Source: Octopus sinensis (lineage: Eukaryota). Taken from it: a DNA stretch of 64,000 nt. The stretch's first letter is position 1; the number at the start of each line of letters is the position of its first letter. Location: the NCBI RefSeq assembly GCF_006345805.1, contig NC_042998.1:37510001-37574000 (forward strand), in the 5' to 3' direction. A model generated the notes under the pieces. The model saw only the letters and a list, made by a program, of their open reading frames with translations, was not told where the DNA came from and did no database searches. The translations under genes and the position numbers were made by a program. This document shows positions 15,170 through 28,521 of this stretch, in pieces.

Positions 15170-15300
15170 AAGCCCAGCCCCGAAATTTTGAAGGAGCGCC
15201 CTACTCAATTGTATCGACCCCAGTACTAAAGTGGCATTTATTGTACCAACCCCTCTCTAAATGATTAAAGGCAAAGTCGATTGCGGCGGAATTTTAATCC
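15170..15300 (-). mobile_element. SINE family A, degenerate
   Basis: atcgaccccagtact and aaaggcaaagtcga...gcggaattt blocks. Confidence 0.55.
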
Positions 15301-15607
15301 CTCCTGATCAGACTACTGTTGGACGCATGCATTTTGGATTGGTTATCTCCTCTTCAGCAGCAGAGATCGGAAAGGCACAACCTGTCAAATAACACGTGAG
15401 ACAGGTCTCGCATTTCTCGTCATCGTTCAATGTCTATCTGTGCTATCCAGAGTTCTGCGATAAATAAAATTCTTGATCACAGTGCTAAGTAGTGATTTGC
15501 ATGAATACAAAATTGTTAAGGTTTCTGAATACAGACAGCCTGAAGAAAAGTCTTTGACAATTTTATTCCGACGAGGTAGCAATCCAGCTGGCTATACAAC
15601 TTCTATA

Positions 15608-15694
15608 CAACTGCTGCAGATGCTGCTGTTGCTGCTGCCACTGCTGCTGCCACTGCTGCTGCTACTACTACTACTGCAACTACTACTGCTGCTG

Positions 15695-15732
<38 letters not shown>
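15608..15732. repeat. (CTG/CTA)n microsatellite
   Basis: Direct inspection. Confidence 0.9.
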
Positions 15733-15735
<3 letters not shown>

Positions 15736-16299
15736 TTTAGTTCAGGTAAAAGCTAGTTAAAATTGAAAACAGTTCATCTGTTGTAGCGAAAAAGTTAAAT
15801 TGTAAAATGAACCGGTTGCAAATAATTGAAAGATTTTCTACATAGATCGTTTCAGTTTTATCGATGTTTAAGGAACAGTGGGCAATATCAGACATATAAG
15901 AGATTTGGAAGATCCGAAGTATACGGTTGTACAATTAGAGAACCGGTGCCCAGCAGCGTGTAGTTTCTCGGGATCATTGGTGATTCGAGATAACAATTCA
16001 GGCTTGGAAGTAGCAGCAGCTGCACAAGTCCGAAATGCACGGAGGCGGACAGAACTATTCGGCACGCATTCGTGCAGTACCTCAAATTGTGGACTTATGT
16101 CGAATATATCTCTCAACAATACAGAGATAATTTATCGTAATAAAACAACCATTGAAATGATTGTGTGTAGATTGAAATAAGATTGAAATAAGAACTTGTT
16201 ATTCCTGTCAGTCTTTTACATCTATGCCAAGCTGTGAAAATATTATTATTATCATTATTATTATTATTATTGTTATTATTATTGTTATTATTATTATTA

Positions 16300-16330
<31 letters not shown>

Positions 16331-16539
16331 GGTGAGCTGGCAGAATTGTTAGCGTGCTGGACGAAATGCTTAGCGCTATTTCCCCCGTAGCTATGTTCTG
16401 AGTTCAAACGACGCAGAGGTTCACTTTGCCTATCATACTTTCGGGGTCGATAAATTAAGTACCACTTATGTACTGGGGTCGATGTAATCGACTCATCTCT
16501 TCTCCCAAAATTACTTCCCTTGTGGCAAAAGTTGAAACT
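16331..16539 (+). mobile_element. SINE family A (copy 1 of a tandem duplication)
   Basis: Head ggtgagctggcagaa (A-box-like), B-box-like gagttcaaac, body gtcgataaattaagtacc, TTA tail. Confidence 0.85.
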
Positions 16540-16550
16540 TTTATTATTAT

Positions 16551-16620
16551 TTGTTTGACTTTTGCTTTGTATTTCTACAAGTTGACTCCAAGTCTCACCC
16601 ACAGACCTCAAGATACAACA
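16551..16620 (-). mobile_element. 70-bp 3' end of the Dong-like element
   Basis: Reverse complement tgttgtatcttgaggtctgtgggtgagacttggagtcaacttgtagaaatacaaagcaaaagtcaaacaa aligns with 15012-15080. Confidence 0.8.
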
Positions 16621-16694
16621 TGATATTATTGTTGTTGTTGATGTTGTTATTATTATTATTGTTATTATTATTATTATTATATTATTATTATTAT

Positions 16695-16984
16695 GGTGAG
16701 CTGGCAGAATTGTTAGCGTGCTGGACGAAATGCTTAGCGCTATTTCCCCCGTAGCTATGTTCTGAGTTCAAACGACGCAGAGGTTCACTTTGCCTATCAT
16801 ACTTTCGGGGTCGATAAATTAAGTACCACTTATGTACTGGGGTCGATGTAATCGACTCATCTCTTCTCCCAAAATTACTTCCCTTGTGGCAAAAGTTGAA
16901 ACTTTTATTATTATTTGTTTGACTTTTGCTTTGTATTTCTACAAGTTGACTCCAAGTCTCACCCACAGACCTCAAGATACAACA
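16695..16984 (+). mobile_element. Second copy of SINE A plus inverted Dong 3' end (364-bp duplication)
   Basis: Identical to 16331-16620 at an offset of 364; the ORF track gives identical ORFs at 16327 and 16691. Confidence 0.85.
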
Positions 16985-17022
16985 TGATATTATTGTTGTT
17001 GTTGATGTTGTTATTATTATTA

Positions 17023-17054
<32 letters not shown>

Positions 17055-17391
17055 GAATCAATTAGTCATCTCGAATCAGGTGTTCTGAACATGCAACATC
17101 ACAGCATGCTTTATATTTTACTTAGAGCATTTGGTTCATTGAAGGGACTCAAACATTATTGTTTAACATAGAGCAAAAATCATTTGAAATCCCAAAATAT
17201 ATTTGTTTCCATTAGGTATCTTATGCTCATGAGAACTATTATATCCTGATGCCCTTATCTAGATATATACATCCCGTTTACGAATATGAAGGAAAACACC
17301 AAAGACATCGGCTGGCGTAATGACATGTAACGGAAGTGATGTAGAATGTCAGTGTTATTTTTCGGGATTATATATATTAAAAAGTGTTTCC

Positions 17392-17432
<41 letters not shown>

Positions 17433-19744
17433 TCTGTCTGTCTGTCTTGTGCGTGATAGGATATGTTAATGTGCATTTCCGCGTTACCCCTTCTTCGTCT
17501 ATTTTCTTCTTTCCTTCTGTCAATATTAGTACATAGTCAAATTCCATGACAGTCAAATGTTAGATCGATTTTCCTTCAAATCATAAAACATTAATTCATA
17601 TTTCTTCTTGGCATATGGACTAATTGTGTTTACGAAAGCTACACAGCTATAGGTGGCAATTTTCATTGTAGAACAAAACAAAATTGAACGAACGTCCGTA
17701 TGTGAAGCAGAGGTCATAGAAATTAGAATGTCGGAGGGAGATAGTTTCAATAGTATTTGCACAATATTAGTTCTTTTGCACTGTTTTTGTTACTGCCTCT
17801 TTTCACTTTATATCAAAAAAGATCACATTAATTACAGCATTTGACAATTTATCAGAGGGGAGCGGATCTCTTGAACACTTCCCCCTCCCACTGATGTTTC
17901 AGATATAATTTTTAAAAGAAAAATGAGAGATACAAAATTAGAATGGAAAGAAGGAAACGGAATAACTTATTGATTTTCATTGACAATAAATAATTCATGC
18001 TAAAGGTCATCTCATTTCACTTCTAGAGAACATCATCAACTGCAGAGTGTGTGTCAGTGTGTCATAAATAACAAGATACCAAGTTATTCATTTTCTGAGA
18101 AAGAAATCATAGGAAACGATAAATGGAAGTAGATAATACAAGACTGAAGGTTTTCTAGGTCTTAGTTGGAATATGGCTGAAATACGACAACATCTATTTT
18201 GGTCTTTGGAGAAGCAAATCCACAGTGGCCATCATCACGAGTTGAAGGACCGATAACTCTGTAACAAATATAATTAAAAGATTGGCCTACGTGGGTTTGC
18301 TTCTCCGAGTGACTTCTCCAATGACCACAAACCTGTCACCCTGTCAAGGAAAGCTGGATGTGCCTCTAGACTTAGACATTTCCAAAACCGCATTTGGTCG
18401 TAAGATCCCCCGGCCGAATGAAAGAACAGTAAACTTAATATATTATCAATCAAGTGCAAACACCTATCAGAATCTTGATAATGTTAACGGGTGCGATCTC
18501 AAAGGCTCATGATCTGGGTTTGCAATTAATCATGTTCGAAACGCTTCGAAAGAAATTGCATTAACTCCTTTATAACCGGGAATTTATTTCTGATATTTTC
18601 TTTATAAAAATCCCTTTAAAAGATCTCCAATTTTTATGCTATATTTTCGTGATGATATATCTTCACTATTAACTTTCAGAATGACCGTGAATTTGCGTGA
18701 GTTGGCCTTCCTATTGATGTTTTCTGTGCAGTATGATTTTTTTTGTTTTTATCTTTTACCGTTCTGTCATCCGGTGCTTCTCTGTTGTTGCATTTGTTGT
18801 GAACCTTGAGTGACATTTCTTGTTACTTCCTCTGCTTACTCTGCTTGAATACATGTACAATATATTCTAATCAATATATTTGCACCATTCAGTAGTTTAA
18901 CATCATTTGCTTAAATGGTGTTAACAAAAGTTTAACATCATTTAATTTAATTAATAGATATCAGTATATAAATTGATGTCTGTATATCCAATAACCATAA
19001 AATGCTCATTCCTGGCGTATGATGTATGTAACCTACAAAAATACTTACAGACTGAACTTGAATACGTTGTCCAGAGACTTTGTAAAATGCCATCGATACA
19101 AGATGAAGTGTACACATGTACATATGGATAGGCGGAGACACACACACGTATATATATACATACACATACACAACTATATACACACACGTGCACTACTATA
19201 TATATATATATGTCTACAAATGTATGTGTGTATACATACATATGTGTGTATGTGTGTATACGCACATATATATATATATGTGTGTGTGTACATACAGGCA
19301 TACACACACCATTTTACTTGCACGCATTTTCACACGCACACACACACACATAATATTTTGTGATATAATTTGAAACTTTAAGTGAAAATGTATTTCTCTT
19401 CAATCAAGTGTTCAAATGCTGATATATTATTTACGTTTTTTATAAATGCTTTTTTCCAACAATACAAAAAAATTTTCTATCGGCGAACAAATCATATTGA
19501 TAGTAAAATTTCTCGTCGCATTTCTAAATTGTATTAAAAATTCATGATTTTGCATTTAAATACCGGATGTTGCTACATTGAAATATGAGCGATAGTATGT
19601 GAAATACAATATAAACTGTTTTGACGACACATCGTTTTGTTGCTGTGGAAGTTATTCTTTATGGCAAGCGAGCATACATTTAATAGCTTTTAAGACACGT
19701 GCCAGAAAAAATGTTTTGCATCAGCCATTTATATGTTTTCTATT

Positions 19745-19885
19745 GTTATTAATGCTGATAGTAATGATAATGATGACAATAAAAATAGCAGCAATAACAA
19801 TAATGATAATGATAATAATAAAAATAGCAGCAATAATAATAATAATAATGATAATGATAAAATAATAATAATAATAATAATAATG

Positions 19886-19943
<58 letters not shown>

Positions 19944-20016
19944 TGATGATGATGATGATGATGATTAGGAGAATAATGATGATGATAATAATGATGATGA
20001 TAATAATAACAATAAT

Positions 20017-20055
<39 letters not shown>

Positions 20056-20150
20056 CATAATAATAATAATAATAATAATAACAATAATAATAATAATGAT
20101 AGCAAGAAGAAGAAGAAGAAGAACAAGAACAAGAACAACAACAACAACAA
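19745..20150. repeat. Compound (AAT)n/(GAT)n/(AAG)n/(AAC)n microsatellite
   Basis: Direct inspection. Confidence 0.95.
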
Positions 20151-20678
20151 CACAGGAAATAAATGCACAAAACACCTACGCAGTCATTTTACAACTTTAT
20201 GAAATGAGTAGAACATATCTAAATGTCTTGAAATAAAGAAAAATTAAAAGTGACTTCGTATACCTAATGGGGATCATCTTATTGTTTATCTTGGATTTTG
20301 CTTCGGTATTTTCTATTATTGCCACGTTTTGAATATAGAAAAGAAATCGTCAAAATGAAAACGAATAAAAGCTTAATATTCTATGCTTAACGGCTTTGAG
20401 TTGGTCGAATTATCTTTAGAAACTGATGTCAAAATGACAAATATGTTTTTTGAAGTTACAGTTAGATAACAGCATACATTATGATGTCCTTTTGTCGCCC
20501 TTGCTGTTTATCTCATATTTACGTTGAAGTGAGAGTCTATGTATTCATATATGCATATATGCATGGAAATGTGTATGTGTGCACCTGTACGAGTGAATAA
20601 TGAATGTATGGAATATAATGACATGCCACGTACCTGTCTGCCTCTATTTCATGCTTATTTTTAACCTGCTCACACACA

Positions 20679-20724
<46 letters not shown>

Positions 20725-21721
20725 AATATATATATACATAAACACACATATATGCATATATATATATGCGTGAATATACGTATATGTAAATGTGCGTGCG
20801 TGTATATACGTACATGGAAAAAGCTATATGAATGTATATACACATGCATGCACAGACATATATATTATACCTGCGCATATATATGCATGCAATGATATAA
20901 ATATTTTATGGTTTCTTGTCCTACATTCAAAGTTTGGTTGACGACACCATTCACTTCTTAATTGTTTGTCGTTTGAGATAAGTATTTTATCCTTTGGATA
21001 TTTAGCAAGTATAATTATTTGCAAATGGTGTTTGTAAGCTGACCATTCATCTTATATATTTTACTTGTTTCAAGTGTTATACTGTGCCCATGCTTGAAGG
21101 GATTTTAGGAGAACGAAGCGATTCCAACATAGCTTCTCTTTTAAAGCTTGGTACGTAATCTATCGTTTCCTTTTGCCGGAGCTCTAGCTTACATGGATGC
21201 AAACCCGACAAAACTGAATGTCAGGCACAGACACAGACACACACACACACAATACACACACACACACACACACAAACACATACAGACATTTGCATGTATG
21301 CATGTATGTAATATATGTATATACGACAGACTTCTTTCGGTTTCCATCTACCAAGTTCACTCACAAAGCTTTAATCAACCCGAGGCTATAGTTGAAGAGA
21401 CTTGACCAAAAATACGACGTAGTGGAACTGAACCTGGAACCACGTGATTGCGATGCAAACTTCCCTCTGCGCCCAGTGCATAATGCGTCCGTCCATGTCT
21501 TCAGGTTGCAGTGAAATATATGCACGTTTTTTTCTGTACTTCTGTCATTGAAATAATGTTTGTTAGGTTGTAAGTTGCGTACAATCATCCGGGATTTTCC
21601 ATTGCGGATAAAAAGGTGGGAAATCGAATCAATGTACACGACGATGCACTTTCAGGCGAAAATCAAAGACAATTAAAGATTAATGGAATGAAATACTTAA
21701 AATGGTGTTGGATTGGAATAT

Positions 21722-22004
21722 CATTTGATCACGTAATCGACCAGAATATTGAATGCTGTTATACATCGTTGCTAACGATGCGCTTTGCATTGTTTTACCT
21801 TTCGCATGATACCACCCTGCTGCCTAAGCAAATAGGTGACCATCCCCCCTGATCGGAGCGCTGTTCTGTCACAGGGTTGCCCATTTAAGGCTGATTGGAT
21901 TGTAATAGAATACAGTCAATTATCTTGCTCAAGAACACAACGTCTCACTCGGACCCAGTATCTAGCGATCGTGAGCATTCTAACCACTAAGCCAAGCACC
22001 TTCA
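21722..22004 (-). mobile_element. tRNA-headed SINE, same family as 46038-46350
   Basis: Head gtgcttggcttagtggttag and ttgtgttcttgagcaag block; its 3' part aligns with 46240-46345. Confidence 0.7.
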
Positions 22005-22599
22005 CACATTGAAATGTTGTATACTGTTACTAATTAAGCCCCTGCAGTCAGATAAATAATGCAGAGCAAGGAGACACTATCCGGTGATGTACTGATATGT
22101 ATTTATAGAGGAAAATGTAATAAACCGTTCCCCGTAATTTTTGTTTATCTATTTTATTTTCTAATTTGTATTAAATATCTAGCTTTCTGCGCTGCTGATG
22201 GGGGTCACAAAGTGACTAGAATATTATGAAAAAAAAAAAAACAGGAGATTTCTAAAGGTTATCAAACCAAAATGATCAAGATGCAGATTGAAAGGCGTGG
22301 AGAAACAGAATAGAAAGAGGAGATAGAAGGTGTTTGGAAAATAAAGAACAAGCAGATAAAAGAGATTTGAGAAGGAACGGTTTGTGTTTGTTTTACCTGT
22401 TACAAATGTAGTACGGCAAAGTAAACAAATATTTAGGAGGAAAATCGTATAAGCAACATAAACATAACAATTTGTAAAGGAGTAAAAATAGCAAGCCCAT
22501 GTGACAATAGCATTTCCTTTGAGGGCTAAGGTTTTCGTAAATTGAATACGATTTTCATAAGATATGAAAGAAGAATCGATTGTTAATCTCATCCAGTAT

Positions 22600-22651
<52 letters not shown>

Positions 22652-25600
22652 GCGTATTATTTGATAAGTTAACTTGGAATAAAACCTCGCGTAAACGGAA
22701 GCTTAACCTTGCAGGCGATGCATACGGAAATTCAGGCCCATGGTTCGGTGTAATCATTCAACTCTTTCATGCGATATTTCTAAACGTTTTGTATGAAATT
22801 ATGTATAATTTATAGTAATTGCATATAATGCGTACTTGAAAGAAATCCGTTTCAGATATGCACATGAACATCTCTAAATCTGCCATGTTGGGATATCCAG
22901 CCCTAAAATAATTTGTTCCTCACTGAGAACATAGTTTTGCATCGGATCATTTCTCGGATGACCGTTGCGCAGTATATCCCCTTAGGGAAGTGTTTGAATA
23001 TTTCTTGTGCGCCTTAAGAGAATGCTGCTAAATATATTCCTCTGAATACTTCTAATCATCCACCCAGCGTTAGCTTTTTGTATCTTTTGGCACTCATTTT
23101 AATGACTGTGTGTCGGTACGCTTTAATTTATCGGTTGTGCTTCTATGCTCTCTACGGTGTGAATGCGGTTGGTGGAGCACAATTTCTCTTCCCAGTGTTT
23201 TAACCCCAGGCCTGACTCACTTAGACTTCAACCACTTCGTTGTGTAGCTTTGTTTTGTATATTTTGATGAAATGAATGTAAACAGAGAAAACTTGTCATT
23301 TAATTTATACGAAGGACGAATCAATGCTGAGTAAATCCTGTTTAGAATCGTTTTTATTTACAAATACAGTTTTGCAAGTTGAAAGAGGGTTTGTACTAAA
23401 TTAGAGAGATTTCGAAAGAGAGATAAGCGAGGAAAGACATAGAGAGATTTTGAAAGAAGGATGGAGGTTTCGGCGTAGCTATAGCCTTGGGATTTTTCCC
23501 TTTATAATTGAAATTTAGAAAGGGAAATATCTAATCAGTAAGGACAAAGCCATTACCATATCTACCATCGCTCCCCATCAACCAGGTCAGAAACAACCTC
23601 ATTGACGCATATAAATTGAAGAACATCTATACCAGTAGAAAGAACAGCATCCACATAACCATCATCTCTCCCGCCTCTATTCTTCTCAAGATAACATTCT
23701 CGACCACGTATAACATAAAAACTGGAATTGACACAACAAATGCTATTAAATTATTAGTACTACCAAATCTGTAAACCCCTTGTCACAACAGCTTTTTTCA
23801 CTTTACGTAAACACGTGAAATTCTATTATAATGGATTCCAATATAACGAATATTTTTAATATATTGATCTTTATTTTTCAAACCCTGGCTCCAGTTATAT
23901 TGAAAAACAGACAAATGGTTCTCATTATAAAGAACTTATTTCCAACCAGTGATGAAGCACAGTAAAACAAATTCGAAGCTAAGGTTTCTCATTACAGTAA
24001 ATCTTTTAGTGCCAAAAGTCTGATAAAATAAGACAGGGAGACAATATAGAATATGTGATAGGGGCATGCAGAATGCTATGCTTAGAAGACAGGTGGCCTT
24101 AGCAGCCGTGCACAAACTTTAATTTACTACGAAATGTTTACATTGGTTTCAATTGGTGCAAATTGAGTAAAACGAAAACATCAATTATATTCGGCTTTTT
24201 TATTACGCATATACGCTAATTTCAACGGTAAGATGTATAAGAATTCATCTGATAATTTTCCAAAAACCGTAAGGGAGAAAGCTCTTCAAAAGGGTCGATC
24301 TAATCTGCTTTATAGAATTAGAATTTTGATTTACCAAATAGGACGATATGCGATGCTCTTTTTCCGTATTATAAGCATCTAAGCGTTTCAATCAAGATTA
24401 CATCATCTTTTGCTAAACAAACTCTTCTCTCTCAGAGAATGTAAATCAAATTTCATAAATGAACTGCCCTTACCAATCTGATAAAATATAATGCAGTTTA
24501 TGAGAAATCAATTTAATCTACGTTATTTCAATATATAAAGATTTACAATAACAAATACTGTTTATGAGGACCGCGATACATACGTCTTTCGCTATACTTA
24601 AGAACTCTCAGAACAGTAGAAAACAGAACTTCAGCGAATATGGCAGAAAGATATGCTGTATGGTACTTATTGGAACAAACTACCAGGTACTAGGAAAATA
24701 TCAGTCAGGTAGAATGCATACAGCCAAATAAACCAGACAGATTGTTTTTAATTGTCTTTCTATTCAACATTTCCAAGTGATTTTGTATTAAAGTGGAAAA
24801 TTGAAAGATTTAAATAATTCATGGTGCGCGTTTATTACTTCCTTATTCTTCTAATTGTAGACTTGTACAGGAAAAATAAATAGTTGTCTTTCAACATTTA
24901 CTAACATATTAAATCCAAAACGGCAGAATCTGTCATGCGTCTATAAATGCATTCATTACATTTCTTTCCTCTCTGCATTATAGAATATTGAATTCACAAG
25001 ATGAATTAAACAATAGTGTTTTTCACTTTCCTCTTGAATATAGAAATTTTCACACAACCCTACTTTTTTCCATTATAAAGCTAAATTAATTCTAGATAAT
25101 AGGGATCTATGAGGAGTGTATTGCAGTTTGCTTTTTTTATTACACTCACTGTGAACATTATAATGTGTGATATGTCGCTGCCATTTGGCAACGGTTGTTG
25201 CTACCTGATCATATTTTTGTAGAAGAGAGAAAAGAGGGAGAGAAAAGATTAACGAAGCAAAATAAAATTTCTAACGCGTCAATGTCATTTAGAAAAAACC
25301 CAATCAGTAATACGATGCAAAACAATTCGTAATGATTTCCAGTTTTCGTGATTATCGGCAGTAATATCGAAAACACGTTTAAGGTATGAATTTGTCGCGA
25401 AATGACGTCGTTATAAGAAAAGAAATGCAGGAAAGGAAGGAAGAATATCGAAGCATTAGTAGTACTTATTCGTTTAACAAATCTGAGAAGCAGGTGTAAA
25501 CGCTAATTTTGCTTGACTGTTTCAAGACAAAGAAATTCACAAACAGTGCCAATCAAAACGGTTGAGTGTTTTGCAAATGATATTTCAGTGTGAATAACAA

Positions 25601-25944
25601 AGTGAGTTATGAAACGGTCACCAAAAGCACGACAATCACTTTTTCGAAATTAAAGAAATACGCCAAGTCATCATCAGATAATTGGATGTCTTAATTTTAT
25701 TCGTATTAAGGAAAATTTGGTGGAAGAATCGGTATGTGCACAAAATACTCGATAAAGGGACTCGGAAGAACATTACTTGTTTAAATATATTGAAATATTA
25801 AGTTATACCTGCCAAGGATTGGAGTTCGAATCTTATTGACGTAAACTTTGTCATATTTCTTAAATACATATGTACTCATATGGATTTAAACGAATTGGAA
25901 TTCCCAACCAAATTTATGCTATTGTCTCTTTCTGAGTAACTTTT

Positions 25945-25968
25945 GATCAACATCATCATCTCCACCAC

Positions 25969-26018
<50 letters not shown>

Positions 26019-26183
26019 CCGTCAACATCTTTATCATTAGCATCATCATCGTCGTCGTCGTCATCATGATCGTGATCATCATTCTCCTAACCATCATCCT
26101 CATCATCACCACCATCATCATCGTTTGCGGCGATGTCGTCTTCGTCGTCGTCATCATCATCATCATCATCATCGTCATCATAT
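25945..26183. repeat. (CAT/CGT)n microsatellite
   Basis: Direct inspection. Confidence 0.95.
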
Positions 26184-26348
26184 CCTACTGTTAATGCGCT
26201 ATATGCAAGACAATTTACAGCGTCTGAGAAAACAGTAAAGTGCAATCTCTTGTGCTTGTTAAATTTCTGAATTCTAATCCTATTGAGGTCAACTTTTGCC
26301 TTTCAGAGCTCGATAAACTAAACCAACGTGAGTTATGTTGAAAAAGCC

Positions 26349-26416
<68 letters not shown>

Positions 26417-26572
26417 TAGTAGAAGAAGCAACAGCAGTAGTAGGTAGTAGTAGTAGTAGTAGTAGAAGCAACAGTAGTAGTAGTAGTAGGTAGTAGTAGT
26501 AGTAGTAGCAGCAGTAGTAGTTGTTGTAGTAGTAGTAGCAACAGCAGCAACAGTAGTAGTAGTAGTAGTAGT
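26349..26572. repeat. (TAG/CAG)n microsatellite following a degenerate SINE A fragment (about 26245-26350)
   Basis: Direct inspection; gaggtcaacttttgcctttc...gtcgataaact-like block lies upstream. Confidence 0.85.
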
Positions 26573-27043
26573 AGGCAGACCTTGATGAGAAGAGAGGTAT
26601 GTCATTGTTAAGGTGGCGAATAGCAGCGACAGGTCTTTAACAAACATGCAACCCATTGACTGCTTAACCAGCGCATTAAACAAAAGGTCGATTAGTCAGT
26701 TGGTTAAATATTCAACCAGTTAGCTAACAATAAAGAAGTGATATTGAACCGGTGTATGTGTGTTATTATTATTGGTGTAATGACCCTCCCAAGACACAAC
26801 AAGATTTGTTTCAACACATGAATTCACATTAAGAAACTTGCATACCAAATACAAAAAACGTACGTAATGCATGTGCAGCCATTATTAGCCATATATTTTG
26901 TTAATCCTCGAATAACAAACAGCATCTTACACCTCGGTTGGCAAAATAATAATTAAAAATAAAAGAAAGGTATGAAATCGTTTGAGCAACAATAAAGCTG
27001 TTTCAATAAATCTGAGTGCTCTTCCAAAAATTATCAATATTAT

Positions 27044-27293
27044 TTGATGAAAATTCACCGCTTATTTGGCTAGGTGTTATGGAAAGTGTCAGCCGTCCAC
27101 GGCCAGCAGACTAAGGTGATATTTGCTAAGTAGTCATGGTTCAAGAACCCTGCGAAAGATTCTTGCAGTTCCAAGAAGTGCTGACTTTTGCAGCTTTTCT
27201 ATCTTTACATTTGTACCAATCTTTTTGGGTCATGTTGGTAGTTGAGTGCTGATACTTCCAAGTGCACCAATTCCTATTGGTATCACGTCTACT
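27044..27293 (-). mobile_element. Second R4/Dong-type 3' fragment (different 3' UTR)
   Basis: Minus strand encodes VDVIPIGIGALGS and LQKSALLGTARIFRRVLE; 3' UTR ends in a degenerate AAT run. Confidence 0.75.
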
Positions 27294-27540
27294 CGCCTCA
27301 TAATGTATAAAACCAACATGGTGACACCTGTTTTGTTCTTTTTACCTGAGTGCAAACTCACTACTATCATACCCAGTCACCCCTGGCGTGCTACTTGTTG
27401 ATATGCCTGGATTCTAAAGAATCCGCCAACATCTCCACACACACACATATATATATTTATAACGTATATATGTATATATGTTGTTAGGAAATTATAAATT
27501 ATAATGATTTTTATTACAGCCACATGGGCCTAACAGAGAG

Positions 27541-28249
27541 GGGCCACTTCGCCTTCATGTGGCCTTTCTCGCCACATAACATATGGGAGGCCTGCCCTCA
27601 ATCTCACATCTTCAGGTAGAATTATTTCTTCTGGGATCTTGATCCTATCACTATCAGTTATCTGAAGTGACATCCCGATCCCGTAACCCCATCATTTCAC
27701 CTTTCTCGTCCTTGTCGCTTTTAGGATCGTGGCATCCTCTTCCATATTGTGTATTATGGTTGCAACCAGCCATGTCTCTTCTAATTCTGGTGGTACCTTT
27801 CCCACCCTACTCGAAGAACTCTGCTGCCGCAGTAAGATAGTAGGAAAACCTACTCTTCCGATTTTATGGCATCAGTGGAGTGCAATATCGCTCCGACCTC
27901 TTTATCAAAACGCACCTCACCTATGCCATATTTTCTTCCTCTTGTTATGAATATCGTTGTCTTTTAAATTTCTTTTAAACTTTTTTCAATTTTTTTCTAT
28001 TGGTGCCACTTCTATTTTCTTGGGTGATATTTTCAGTGTTTTATAAATTACTGTTTTCCTCTTTACACTATATGTTAATTCAAGCGGAGGCGTCAACTTC
28101 AGATTGTGGGGTTCTTTTTCTAATAGGTTGCCTCATTCCTTTAGCAGTTCCCACTCGATTTTTATTTGTTGTACCTCCAAATCTTGAACTTCGATACCTT
28201 TGCCAGTTGCAGCCGCATAACTGTGGCTCTTGGAAGGTTCAGTTTCCAT
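27541..28249 (-). pseudogene. Degraded ORF1 (gag-like, CCHC zinc knuckle) of a Tx1/L1-like LINE
   Basis: Starts METEPSKSHSYAAA at 28249. Continues through stops and frameshifts via FITRGRKYGIGEVRF and VGKVPPELEETWLVA to a frameshifted EGRPPICY.(C)...GHMKAK(C)P knuckle at 27541-27600. Confidence 0.6.
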
Positions 28250-28417
28250 CGTACTTTTTCCTGTCGGTTCTCCCATAAATGGGAAGAAAAAAATCAATTC
28301 AACAACATTCTTGGGAGAAAACAGTAACTTCAAAACAGCAAACAAACGTGATACACCCACAAGGGGCGGCCTCCAACAACACAATATCACACTTCTTTAT
28401 CAACAAAGTATCACAGT

Positions 28418-28521
28418 GATGAAAGGCAAATCGCCCACCGCGTAATTTGAACTCAAAACATAAAGACAGACGAAACACCGTTAATACCCGTCGTCCTAAC
28501 GATTCCACCAACTCGCCGCCT
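28418..28521 (-). mobile_element. SINE family A head only, abutting the LINE 5' UTR
   Basis: ggcggcgagttggtggaatcgttag...gagttcaaatt...tttgcctttcatc, then switches to non-SINE sequence. Confidence 0.8.

Noticed and set aside
15878-16180. 100-aa ORF in a GC-richer patch
   Set aside because: No recognisable homology; overlapping ORFs on both strands are expected at this GC content. It may be regulatory, but this is unsupported.
23600-25845. Several TGACG (CRE half-site) motifs
   Set aside because: About four in 3 kb is roughly what chance predicts.
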